In this document: positions 12,977 to 26,482 of the stretch, one piece after another
Layout: every line of letters starts with the position of its first letter
Position numbering within the stretch: position 1 is the first letter of the stretch
Assembly: GCA_036785375.1 (NCBI GenBank)
Contig: JAWMAR010000011.1
Span: 9,424,001 to 9,488,000, forward strand
DNA length: 64,000 nucleotides
Origin: Leucoraja ocellata
Lineage: Eukaryota
Direction of reading: 5' to 3'
The notes under the pieces: model-generated
The model's input: the letters and a program-made list of their open reading frames with translations, nothing else
Database searches by the model: none
Told to the model about the DNA's origin: nothing
Program-made: the position numbers and the translations under genes

Positions 12977-15159
12977 TTACATTATGGTTTCATGAATATC
13001 TGTTAGACAATTAGTTCCCATGTCTAGACCATGTAATGTTGCTTTCTGGTCCAATGAAGTAACTTTGTTGAACATCTCTGGAGACAAGGAATATCTGTTT
13101 CCTGACTTCTCCTCAAACCAACAGTCCAGTGCCCTCTTTGCCTCAAAGTTTGCAATGGATGTTCCATTAACAGCAATAGTCAAAAGGTCACTGAGTTGGT
13201 CAAGGCTAAGTCGAGACCTGTTATTGTTACGTATCCGATAAAAGGCACCACGACTCTTCTCACAAGCTGCTGTTGAAGTCGGCAGAACAAGCAATAATTG
13301 AATGATTCTGTTTAGTATTGGGAATCTTTGTTTATACTTAAAGATGTGACAGCTCAACTCTTTGAAACCATTCTTGTTGTAGCATTCAGATTTTAACTCC
13401 CGCCATTCCTGCAATAAACTACCCCGAATGTCTCTGCCATCCAGACCAATTTCCTTTGTAAAAGATGGAATTATTTCAAAGTGCTTATATATGTGCATAA
13501 TTTCTTCTTCACCATGACTCATCAGGTTTTCCTCATTTTGGGGCCACGTCGTAATGTCAAACACTTGACATGCTCTAATAATGATACGGCTATTGCAATC
13601 CAGTCTTTGTGCTAGAATGAGTTGCGTTTTTTGGCAAATCTTCTCTCTTATTGAATTAAACTTGGCTTCTGCCACTCTTAGTTTTTGCAGAGGAACACCA
13701 TGAAAGTTTTCATGAAAGGTCTCCTCAAACTCTTGCAGATATTCTCCTGGTGATTCCACCAATCTACTTATCTCTTCAATGGCTTCTTCGATTTTTTCAT
13801 CCGCATGGGTAATGAGAAGGTGATCACCCTGGAAAATGAACGCCAACCGTGTAAGAACACCAATAATGTCTAACAAAAAATAGATAAGCTTAACTGACTG
13901 ATAGTCCATCAAGAATTGTAGCAGAGCCAGAGCAATGGCAGCAGCATCTGCTTTATGGGTCTGAGCACTAACATCCTTAAGATGAGCTATCACTTCCAAA
14001 TAATCCTTGATCAATGCACTCAAGATATTCTGCTCTCCAATGATCCACCTGACAGCACGAATGTCACCCAGGAATTCTGTCTCCTCGCAGAGTGTTGCAG
14101 CAGTGGCTCTTAATTCACACATGAGTTTGGGGGAATATCGATAGAAGCTCAGCAATTGTTTCAGGTTATTCTCTAGATCTTCCAAACAGGTTAGTTCTTT
14201 GCTACTAATAGCATCCAATACTTCCAAGTGAGGTCTATGTATCACACATGGGACAGAGAGTAGCCAAGGCAAAGCCTTTTTGATCTTCATGGCTAAACCT
14301 GCCCTTAGTCCTGTTGTCATATTGGCTCCATCGACCCCCAGACCAACAATTATTTTTTCTTCTTTCCATTTGATCCCTATGCCCCCAAGGGCCCTGTCCA
14401 GTGCCTGTGTATAACCGTCCACTGTTGCAGAGCTCAATTCCTGTAGGCACAATAACTCTGTAGCAGCTGGCCCCTCGTTGGTAACGTATTGAATGTAGAT
14501 GGCAACATTATCAGCAATCATGTCATCTGTTTGCCCATCCAAAATCACACTCATAAATGGGGACACCCTGAGCCTCTCAAGGAGATCCTCACGAAAAGAC
14601 ATTGCTATGTGGTGAATTAAAGTTTGACAGTCTCCCTCATTCAAGTATTGATCAACAATCTTTAAGTCACATTTTTTCAGAAGTTCAGCCAACGGTCTGA
14701 AATCTGAAAAATGCCTTCCTTCAAATGCTATGTGATAGGCTACATTAAATAACAGCGTCATGTTCCGGCACATCTCTTCTGTTTTTTCTGGATGCATCCT
14801 TAGTTTATAAAGTTGCAAACATTTCTTATGAAGATTACTCTGGGCGTGCAACTTGATAGTGTGGATTTTGAACTGCTTAGAGCCCAAGATGAAGGCTGAT
14901 GTCCTGGAGGACTGAACAGTGTACTGCCTACAAACATGGCACCACATTTCATTCAGAGTGGGTGAGTAGCGCAGGAACCAGAACTTTTTCAGCCACTCAT
15001 GTTTGAAGCGTCTGATCCTCCGGCCTGTACCAGTCGATATTTTCGATATTTCTTCTGTGGTGGCCAAAATCTCATTGGACATCGACTCGTCAGCTGAATC
15101 CATCTCCTGCTCACTTGTGTCATCCATGACAACTGGGACAGGAGTCTGTCCTTCTTGAG
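12977..15159 (-). CDS. PRDM11: PRDM11 terminal exon: TTF-type zinc finger + ZNF862-like domesticated hAT transposase domain
   Basis: Stop-free ORF. Acceptor TTCCTCACCCTAG|CT is phase 1, matching the 58891 donor. RRIRRFKHEWLKKFWFLRYSPTLNEMWCHVCRQY...HAQSNLHKKC and the downstream sequence are recognisable as the long PRDM11 isoform. hAT motifs LDGQTD, DGA, RW and TSTAACE are present. Confidence 0.95.
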
Positions 15160-18100
15160 CTAGGGTGAGGAAAATAAGAAAAAGATGTTTAGAAATTAAA
15201 AGTTCAACCTCTTTTTTCCTCAATCTAATCACTATCACGTATTTTGCAGTTGGATGGAATCAATCCAACCACTATCAATTAGACTAGATCTTGTGGAATA
15301 GCTTTTAATTTTTTCTTAAGCGGCAGGTCACTGAAAACACAAGTCAACAATCTTGTGGCGAGTGTCAAGCAAGCTGAACGATTTTGCATTTAACCGAGCA
15401 AGTACCAAAAATAAATTGCAAATTATAGCGGAAGAATTTCTTAAAATTGGATTTAAGCATAATTAAAGAGAGAAAAAGACATGGATTAAAGGAGAGATAA
15501 TAGAAATGATATATAAAACATTAAAATCATATTTAAAAAAAACCTACAAAATTATTTCTGTACACTGGGAATACTTAATATTTAGAACCAGGAATGTTGG
15601 CTGGCAGTAATTAACGTATATTATGCCGTTAAACAAGTACTTAGACTAGAATGGAGAATGCTTGACTTTCACGGAAATTATAGCAACTTCAAGCCATTCG
15701 CTGCAAGTCAATAAACCACAAAGTAAGGAGCCATTTCCAAAAAAGAGCCATTTTTTGGACAGTTGAGATTAACCACATATCTTCCACGCACCTGAAGTTA
15801 AAAATCCGACAGGAAAACCTCGGACATTATTGACAGAGAAAATTGTTATTTTCTTTTTATTATATAGTATTGTATTTATCTTTGCGGCTTTGAAATTATT
15901 CCAACCTAGAGAAATATTTTGAAGTTCTTAACCACTTTGAAGGTCAGAGTCTATCTGACATAACACATCTTTACAGTTTAGAGAAGACTTACATAAATTA
16001 AATAATCTAAACCAATTAAAAATAGTATGACATTGCGTGGAAGGTGTTAAAACCTATTCAGGTGATGATATTGAGACATCAGTAATTCTATGAAGATCAT
16101 TGTTCCATTGAACCATTACTTCAAGCAAAGCAACCTTTTTCTATTGCCACTGTGCAAAATGCTATGAGAATCCATTAAAAAAAACCTCAACAAAGTAAGA
16201 CAAGTTTAGCTACATACACAATCTACAGAAAACATATTCCAATGCAATTATTTATATGGTGCCTTTGACAGATGTCCCAAACTATTGGGTTATTACAAAT
16301 CCTAAATACACTTGACCATTAACACCAGGAGATTAAACTAATGGTCTGAGATTTAAAAAACGAAAATGACCATGTTAGTTTACTACAATCCATAATGAAT
16401 ATAAAATAAATGGTATTTTCTTCAATGGCAATTGGACACTCGACCCCATAGAATATGATTTGTCACGTTTCTGTTTTGTACATTTGTGCAATTTGATCAG
16501 TACAATGAAATAGTAAAATACAAAAAGTGCATAGAGAGAGAGAAACAATCACATCCATCTATTAAAACCCTTCTACCACAAAATCCCTTTTATTTAGTCA
16601 GAATGCATTCAATATTATGTTTTGCAGCTTAAAACCCATATGTTTAAGGCTCAAATACAAAAAAATGAATGGTATAATAATTAACATTGACATATTATTC
16701 ACACATCTAAGAGAAAACATACATACATGAGGCAGATACCATTTGTCAACTCACTAAATTCTTATATTTCTTAATTAGTGAACACCTGGTTATATCTTCC
16801 GCTTTAACATATCAACTCTACAAGCAATGTTGAAAACATCTCTAATATCCGTACTGACTGAACCAGTGTTATGTCAGGATACATTCCATCTAATAATTTA
16901 GCAATATGTTGATTATGATCTTGATTCATCTTTGTGCAAAGATTATTTTCTCCCTTGGGGGTGTGATGGACATGGTAAGTGGAAGAGATACAAAAGGTAA
17001 AGCAACCTCCATATAATGATCATACCAATTCAAAAAACACCAGCACCTAAACGGGATTAAAATATTATGGGAAGCTAGAGATAGCGGATGTCAGGAAGCC
17101 AACTAAGGAAGCAAAGCAGTTGCTAATCTAAACTGTTTTAAAAATATATTTATGTGAAAAAGTTTAATAGTTTCATTATGAGTATAAGAAAATAATAACA
17201 TCAACCAATGAAACACGCACAGACTACAATTTCCTACTGAAAGAAAAACGTATCACAAGTCATTGTACAAGTCTTAGCACTGTTGTAAAGGATTTAAAAT
17301 TGGAATACATGAGCCTTAATAATTTCATAGTAAGTCTTGCCTGTACCCATGAGTAAAATAAAGCAACTTTATTTCACTCAATATTTTTGAATAAGTCTAA
17401 AGGCATTTTGGATGAGCAATGCATCTCAGACAACTTAAAGATTTCTATAGATCGCTAAATGTGGCTGTCCAATTTCATATAAATAGAAGATAAATTAATA
17501 TTGCTGTTAATTTGACTGGCTTTTTTTTTTAAAGAAAATGGTATAACAATATATTTGTGAAAGCTTTGGAAGATGCCTATTATAACTTCATAAATTATAA
17601 ATATATGATAATTATCTCCCTTATCAGTGGTTCAAGAAGATAGCCGCTAAACACAATCTTTTATAATTGGATTAGATTTGTACAAATAATTTGGATGTAT
17701 CAAGATTGCTGAAACAGCAATGAAACAGAATACCATGTGATCCTACTGGGCAGTAGACTAACCACTGGCGCAAAACATTAGATGAATTTCTCAGTGTAAA
17801 CTCAAGGGGACTATGACTCCAAAGAAAACTACACAAAGTATCAACAAATCTTTTTAAAAACACTGTTTCTGCTGACTGGAAAGAGGGTGTCCACAAGGAA
17901 GAGCAAGCCCCAACAGTCACGGAAAAAGATTAGATTACGCATGTTTGCACACATTTGCCTCATAATATTTATCAATTGCATGTGTCGCCTCAAAAACCCA
18001 GTACATTTAAATTACTATGCATGTCTCTTAACAGGACCGACTGTAAAATCTTCACGGACTTACATTCCTGTGAAGTACCTTGTGCTGTTTTAATCTGTTA

Positions 18101-19199
18101 AAAGTTCTTTATAAATGCAGACTTTCGGTATGCACACAGGATACATAGGGATAAGAAGATTCAGCACAGACATGGTGGGTGTGTATACAAAATAATAGTT
18201 AGTGTATTACTAAGATGTGGAGCTGCTTGCTGTCTGTCGTTTGATTGCTGTCTCAATTGTGGGTTTACTCTCATTTTGCAGCTACAGAATTTCTTTCGAT
18301 TACTGGAGTGATTAAGAAGCACTGTTGTGATTAAGATGCACAAAAATGAGACAGTCATTACTGTTTTAGCAGTAAAGGCGAAATATATTTTTTTGAAAGG
18401 CAAAAGGATTGTTTAGATTGATTCAATAGTACAGTTGACATTACTGTAACCAAAAGTTAAATCAAATAAACCAATGATACCAGCACATCATCAAGTAACA
18501 TTCTCTAATTCAAACGTGCAGCAGCATCAACATACCACGGCTATAAAAGTAGTAACTCTACTTGCTATGTGTGCACTAAAAGATCAGGACATTCAGCATT
18601 CATATCTAATGTCGATATATCACATGTCAAATTTGAGAAAAAATGAAACATTAGTATTCCAATCATTTGAATATATGAAAAATTAAGTATTCATAAGACG
18701 GGGAAACTTCCCTCATGCCTGACATCATCACCAGTAAACAAAACCAAAATATACAAATTGAAGTGCTTCATAAAATTAGTTATGCACAATCAAATGTCTT
18801 TTTAAGAAAAGAACTGCAATTTGCATTGCCATGAATCACAAAACGTTTAAATAATAAAACGTTTAGATTTTTTTTGTGCTATTGTGATATGTCAAATTAT
18901 GTACAAAACTAACAATTATTTGGAACACTTGCTCTAGTTTGTAACAAATGCACTTTTTACTTAAATGGTGGAACTCCAAAATAACCTTTTTTTTATATCC
19001 ACGCCAGCAAAATGTGTAACATTATGGTCAATTTCTCAGCCTTCCTAACCTTAGAATTTACATTGCCTTTTGTGTCCATTTTATTGCTGAAATCTTAATA
19101 AATCAGAGAACAGGGATATAACAAAGACAATTTTGATTAACATCAGAACTTCATAAGCACTTTATAGTCAATTATATACTTTCTCGAGCAAACTCCCTT

Positions 19200-19513
19200 T
19201 TGTAATATAAAAGAGTCAAATTGCTCCTGGCAAGCTCTGACAATCAGAAATGTTACGTGGACAAATTAATCTGCTTTTAATTAGTGACATTGATTCAGAG
19301 ATAATATGGACCAAGACACCCGAGGTAACACTCTTGTCCTATGATCACTCACAAGCCCACGAGTCAATGCAGCATCGTGTCTAAAGGTACTGCAGTGGCA
19401 TGCCAACAGTATTGGGATTGGATTGTTATCTTACAATGTTGTGCTCAAGTCAATTGAATGGAAATTGAACACACAATCTTCAAAAATACTACTAACTGAG
19501 TCACAACTGACAC
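19200..19513 (-). mobile_element. Ancient DeuSINE-like (SacSINE1-type) remnant
   Basis: Minus-strand tRNA-like head GTGTCAGTTGTGACTCAGTTAGTAG...GTTCAA, followed by a decayed Deu-domain-like segment (TGGTCCATATTATCTCTGAATCAATGTCAC...CAGATTAA...). Recognised from memory of the consensus. Confidence 0.55.
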
Positions 19514-20433
19514 TAAAGGTTCAACAAACATGTATTTGATTCAAAATGTATAAAATACATATTTACACCATATTCACAGGGTGTTGACAGAATCTGAAGT
19601 GGAATCAATAACATTCCCTTTATTCACAATGATTCACCTATTGCAGCGGATTGCTTACCTTTTTATTTAATTCTTCATTTTCTTATTATCAAATGCGATT
19701 TTCACAATTTTCTATTCTTCAAAAAGCATAGGATAAAGCAAAAACATTCAATCCTTCCACAGCAACCCCTACAACCCTCCTCCCCCCAACTAGATCACAA
19801 TTCCAAGACTTATGTATGAGTAATGAGAAGATACACTGAGGAGCAATTTTTAAATTAAACAACGAAATAATTAAAACCAAGTACCTCATCTTTAATTATT
19901 CATTTTAATTTATCACCAGTGTAACAATAAAACCAAAGCAAATATGTTGAGCAAAAATAAAATCATAAACCTACAACATATGTGCAAAACAAGGTAAACA
20001 GCAATGAAAACAACAGGGATAGGTTTATTTATCTCAATGAAAATGATAATGGTTCGTGATTGTTAAACTTGTCGTTTATCTGTGACTTGTCAAAGATACA
20101 ATTTTGTGAATTGCTTTTCCTCTGGCAATTGCTGATCACAAAAGCACCAGTCAACCCATTGGTAGGAGAGGGAGTGGGAGAGGGGGAACTGAATTGATGA
20201 GGTATGAGAATTTTCATTGTTATCACCTTTCTTTCACATGTGTAAACCGTCAGCGCAGTGAGTTTATGCTGTTGGTTAAACCATTTTCTAGACAAAACAT
20301 TTGAGAGGTCATTCAATAAGCTAAGGGGAGGTTTATAAATGTATCATTAAATTTATATTTCACTTTTCCTGTCCGCTTAACAAATTCCTGCATTATCTTA
20401 GCACTTTAATGAAAACACATTAGATAACAGTAA

Positions 20434-20629
20434 TGTTTAAGAAAGAACTGCAGATGCTTGGAAAATCGAAGGTAGACAAAAAAGCTAGAGAAACTCAGCG
20501 GGTGAGGCAGCATCTATGGAGAGAAGGAATAGGCGACGTTTCGGGTCAAGACCCTTCTTCTCCATCCGAATCGTCGCCTATTCCTTCACTCCATAGATGC
20601 TGCCTCACCTGCTGAGTTTCCCCAGCTCA
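20434..20629. mobile_element. Inverted Penelope-pLTR dimer
   Basis: AACTCAGCGGGTGAGGCAGCATCTATGGAG is mirrored by CTCCATAGATGCTGCCTCACCTGCTGAGTT; same family as 481-620. Confidence 0.8.
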
Positions 20630-20672
20630 GATAACAGTAATGTCTTATAGAATAATTCCAGTTATACCTTCT

Positions 20673-20905
20673 AGGGAAATGGGGAAGACAGAAATCCAAC
20701 CTATGGAATTTGTTTGTTGATAACTGCAAGAAATTATTTTTCTGCAAAATGATTTCTAAGTTAATAATTATTAACTTAGAAATCATTTTTAAAGACAATT
20801 TAATTTAAAAAGATTTTGTCTGAAATTGAAATTTCAGAAAAATAATTTCTTGCAATTATCAACAAACAAATTCTATAGGTTGGATTTCTACCTTCCCCAT
20901 TTCCT
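20673..20905. repeat. Branched inverted repeat with a perfect 44-bp internal palindrome
   Basis: Outer arms 20673-20744 and 20835-20905; perfect palindrome 20746-20789. Confidence 0.9.
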
Positions 20906-23900
20906 CTCAGTGATGTCTGCTCCACATTAAATTACTGATTTATAAAACTGATCTATTTTTATATTTCACAAAGAATTACAAGTGAGATACATACTTCGCT
21001 GGCATAGTATTGTATTCTTTGGGGACAAAAGTTCCCTTAACTACTAATTAACACAATAATAGAGTAGGGCCTTTAACACAATACAATCTCTGAATAGTAT
21101 TACTCTACTCAAAAATCTATCTGTAAGATACCTTTAATCTTTCTCTCTCTTCCACTTTTTCTATCTTCCAAGATTTCATTAGTTGTGCAGCATCTCGACT
21201 TTTGTGATGTCTTTTGAGATGCTGTACACATGTTGATTAAATAAATGCTAATTCAATAAATAAATCAATAAAAAAGGACCTGCCAAACTGCACAAATTAA
21301 TGGAAAGCAAAAAAAAGTTTATAGGGACTCATAAGGTGATGCAAAAAATGGTCTCTTTAAAGGCCTGACACAAACAAAAAGGAGAGAGCAGAACAACCCC
21401 GGCTAGTAAAGATCAGGAGGTAAAAATAAAACGCTGTACTCAGCAGGTCAAAGTTCGTCTACAGATGGGGAGCAGAATTATTGTTTCAGATCTATTTCTT
21501 TCAATGGAATAGTGAAAGATAAAAGTTCATCATACATTACACAAGAGCAATTTTAATCAGGATGACAAATAATGAAGTCTTAACTATTCTTCTTTGATTC
21601 CTGCTTTAAGTGTATGAGGTGTGCAGTCAGCATCATCTGAAGTTGTTTTCAACTGTTCAGATTCAAAGACAATAGCATTGGATTTAGCTTTGTATACCTG
21701 GACATGGTTCAATTATACCATTCTCTCTGAAATCAAGATAAGCCAGGTCCAGTACGCTTGTGACTCTGGTTTCATTGTTGCTTTAGCATTTTTCCCCATA
21801 ATATATTGTTTTCCAAAACTCAGCATTCCAGCAACTATAACAATTAATTTACGATTTAGTTTTGAAAGAATTGTAATGCATTTAATCATGGAACTCATAA
21901 GCAGGTATTTTAAATTCATGATAATGTTACAAGGTTAAAATGCTGCAGTACACTTAAGCATTAATTTACTTTATGGAGCAAGATGCTGATTTGATTCTCC
22001 ATGTGATTCAATTTTTATTCTTGGCTTTTAAACTGACTCTAGGTGTCAGGCAGGGGGAGGAAATAGGTATGAACCCATACAATTGGTTCTCTGGTACCTT
22101 GTGCTAACATAGTCTTATTGATGTGGAAATTGGTGAAGGTCTTCTTTACTTGTGCTTGGCTGAGTACACTTACAAAAGATAAAGCCCTAAGTGAGATGCC
22201 AGGCTGAATGAGTGACCCAGTGGGCAACAAAAGAATAGACAACAGATGAGTTGCAAAGGTGCAAAGAATTGCAGTGTTGATGAGGGGGAGAAAGGTTTTG
22301 TGACAAAGATGATATGGGTGGAAACCTGTGGTAAACAAGACAACAAAATATAAACTTGTTGATTCAGTTTTGGTCAGGGAGGAACAATGAAGTTAGTAGT
22401 TGGGGAATAAAGTTTACAATGGGGACCAAGATGATCGTACATCAAGTGTACTGCCAGACAAAATGCTGAAAACACTCAAAAATAATTTAAGAGGAAAATT
22501 GATGCTGCAATGTGGAGATTATGAGGTATACCAGAGAGCTTGAGGTCGCAATATAAATATCTGCAATAAATGGGGTTACCGCAATGATCCGACATGTGGA
22601 ATACTACAGATCATAGCAAAATGCCACAATGTTCTCCTATTTGTGCAGTACTAAAAGTAAATGGCGATTTAAAAATTAAAAACTTGAAGTCTTAAACTGA
22701 CCTAACTATTTGATATGGTTTACTGAATTTATTATGAGTTTGTTGCTGTAGCTTAATTCTATTATCATTTATGACTCATAAGCCATGTACTATTGATTTC
22801 TTCAGAAATTTTTGAGAAGTAACAGTGGCTTGAATGTTTCACTGCTAGAAATTCTATGGATCAAAAGCAAGATATTATCCTGGTAATTCTAGCATAAGAT
22901 TTACAATAATGCGTCAGAAATCAGGCAGACTACTCTAGGTTTATCATTAAAACACAAGATTAAAAAAAAAAGAAAATTGATACATAAGAGAAATATCAAT
23001 TACATTTCAAATTGAGAGATTCTTCAGAAAGGTTCTAACATGCTCCATCTAAAAACTGTTAGGCATTAACTTATAAATTCTCATACATTCTGTTCTGATT
23101 TCAGCTTGCGTATGCCTTTTAATTATTCTTAATTCTTCTCAATGAAAAGATACATTCATATAGAATCAGTCCTTTCATATTGTAAATAGTTCAACTTAAA
23201 ATATATTCCGTGGAACTGTTTTGAGTATTCCACGGGTAGCGGTATTTGAACATAGAGCAACAAATGCTGCTTAATTCAAATGTAGTTCTTCTTATTTACA
23301 GTTGGTTACTGTACTATCATTTCACTTCATATACAAGACTGAATATGGTCACTTATGTCCACAAGAGAGATTTTTTATCTAATTAAATAAATGAGATAAA
23401 AATCTCTCTGTTGGACATACGTGTACTAAATGAGAGCCAATATCAATCCAAAATCTAATGGCTTAAAGTCCGTGGCACATAATTTGCCATTGCCAACCAT
23501 CTCACTCAAACATTTTTTACGGTAGTTTAATTCAAATTATCTGGAAAATTCAATTATTTTTAGCAGAAGAAAGCACAGTCCTGAAATAAACTTGTAGTTC
23601 AGGAAATCGAGATGTTATATCACTGTAGCTAAATTTAGATTTTAGTTTTAGTAAATGCATTGTTTATAGACTATATTTCTTGACTAATACAGCGCTTTAT
23701 TCTATATTTGGTTTGTTCTATATTTTTCCTTCAATTTCCATTGGTGGCAAAGCATACAAAATATTTTCTTCTTGATAACATGAGCAACAAAGGGAATTTA
23801 AGATTTTCTCTAAAATATGAACATATCTACTGAAAAATTCAATGAAGCTTTGTGAAATTACTAATATCTGAATTGTCACATACACAACAGTTTGCTTATA

Positions 23901-25983
23901 AAACAATCAGTCATAAAAGTCTTACCAAAAAAAGCTGGAAAATATTCTTCCTATGCTGAAAAATATTCCATTTCCACCTGACCCTTTCCTGTTACACAAT
24001 CAAATGAGAACCTACTTCATAAAAATTTATTGTAAATGCTATCAATATTCATTTGGAACCAAGAGCCATAACTGTCACTCCTGAGATAATTAAAGAATCC
24101 AGGAATAAAATTCCTTCATATTTGGTGGAATATTGTTGAAATTTGAACTAGAGCTTTATTGAAACTTTAATTTTTAATAAAATGTAGGAACTATAATTGA
24201 AGGCATCCAGGGAAAATTGTGCAGATAATCGGAAAAATGTAGGGAAAAAATCCCTATCATTTATAATATAAAATCACAAAACTAGATATATATTTTTTGC
24301 ATCCTCTTAAAGTGGGTGTTACTTGTAGACCAAGACAATGCATTAGTTCACCACACAACATTTCTACAATTGATCGGATTCATAGCTGCAACATCAGTTT
24401 CTCAATATAACAAAGAGCTAAATCATTCATTTAGATTGTGGGCCAAGTGACTCAGATGTGCTAATGGCATAAAGAGAACTTAAATTGTTAAAGTGTTCCA
24501 ATATGTTTTTGGAAAATTAATAAATTGTAATTCAACGTTCAGAATAATAACAGCATAATTTTCTTGATGAATATATTATCCTTATGATGCCCTCTTATTA
24601 AATGGAACTGGAATACAAGCTCAATTGAGATGTTTGATTAAACTGAGCCAAATCTAGGCACTTGTCGACTAAGTTTAGATATACTTTTATAGATAAAAGT
24701 AAATGAATTCACAGCAAGTTTAAGGATTAAAACATAATCTATCATCTACATTTTCTTACAAAAGATCATAGAATATTCAATTCATAGTATTTATGACATT
24801 CTTAAGCAATATTTGGCATTAAAAAAAATAAAAACATTGGCATACAAAAAAGAAATATTCTAGTTTAGATTCCAGTTCTGAAAAAGAAATATATTCTAAT
24901 TTTGGTTCCAGTTATGAATAACATCAATAATTTAATTTATTGTGTCAATTTGCTATATCTTTCTGCTAGTACAGTGAAAAGCACATCTTTTACTCCAGAT
25001 TTCTGTTATACAGATCTTGCCTCACCATTTTCCCCCTACTCACCTGCAGACACCAATTACTTGCAATGAATATACCATCCGTCGTCCTCACATGTTATAG
25101 AGACCATTATTCATATTTGAAGCATTTCCTACAAACATTCTTCTAGCACATGCCATTGGAAGACAATAAAAGGAAGTCCTGGAAAACATTGCCTTCTTTA
25201 ATCTAGGGAAATTAAACCAATTTACTTTATTTCAGCATACCGCTTGTTAAGATGACATAAATCAACAGAAGTAGGAGACCAAACCAGGAGTTAGATTGCT
25301 GGATATTCTTGCTGAATTTTATCGGTTGTTAAATTTCACATTCAATTACACTAATTAAGGATAAAACTAATGTTTTTTATAAATGCAGTTGTATCTTCTT
25401 TGATAAGCCCTTGGAAAAGAAGGAAGATTATTGATCCAGTTAGATAATTCGGCAAGCAGCGAGGAGTAGAAGGATCGTGGACAAGTACTTAAATTGGCAG
25501 GATATGATTAGTGGTGTCTCATAGGGATAAACGTTGGGGCCTCAACCACTTGCAATATGAAGGGCTTAGATAAAGTCAACCACATAACCAATGTTGTTAA
25601 TGAGCAGAACCAAGCAGCATTTTAAAGAGATTAATATGTTGTGAACAGAAAAAATAATGTTTAAATGGATTTCAAAAGGTCACATAGTTGGATCCTAAAC
25701 AGGATAACCAGTATACTTGCTAAATAGTTAAAAAACTCAAGACTGTAATTGTCCAAAGTGAGTTGGGAATCTTAATGCAGAGATTATTAAAACATCAGGG
25801 ACACACAGAAAATATCCAGAAGAGCTGTCTAACATTGGAGCAAATAAATGAGAAGAATAAGGATAGAAACCATGTTGTACCTATACATAGCCCTGGTTAG
25901 AGTGCTGTATTCAAATTTGGACATCACAAAGACATACTGGCGGGGTACAATGTAGACTCACCAGAAAAACAACTGAATTGTAA

Positions 25984-26482
25984 AGGGGCTGTCCCACGGG
26001 CGACATAATTGGTGAGTTTTGAAGAGTTTGAAAAAATGACATGTAGAAGACCTCCTTCAACTATGTTGAAGACCAGTTTCGACTTGCTACGACTAACTTC
26101 GGGAAAATTGGACACCGAATAGTGGAGAGTGAAGACGACCTCCTTCGATCTCCCTTCGACTATGATGAAGACTATCTACGACTACCTTCGACTACCCTCG
26201 ATTGCCTACGACCAACATGCCGACCTAGTACGACTAAACCTACGAGGAAAAAAAAGTAGCAATTTTTTTCCATGGCGACCTTTTTTACTCGCGGGTATTT
26301 TTGAACATATTGAAAAAAATGGCACGACCTAGCTGAGGCTTCGAGTACGCGGAGACCACTCTCGAGCATGAAGGAGAGTTCCGAAGACCTCCTTCGACCT
26401 CGTGTCGACCATGCTACGAGTACGAGTCGAGGGCAAACTCGCCAGAACTCACGGATTAGGTCGCCCAAGTGGGACAGGCCCT
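25984..26482. mobile_element. PIF/Harbinger-like MITE
   Basis: TIRs AGGGGCTGTCCCAC / GTGGGACAGGCCCT with TAA duplicated on both sides; CpG-rich interior with (CGAC) repeats. Confidence 0.8.

Noticed and set aside
12977-15159. Active autonomous hAT transposon
   Set aside because: No TIRs or TSD around the ORF, it has a splice acceptor in phase with PRDM11, and it matches a conserved host gene.
15160-15238. N-terminal extension MIVIRLRKKEVELLISKHLFLIFLTL of the 753-aa ORF
   Set aside because: Intronic polypyrimidine tract upstream of the TAG acceptor; non-ATG start.
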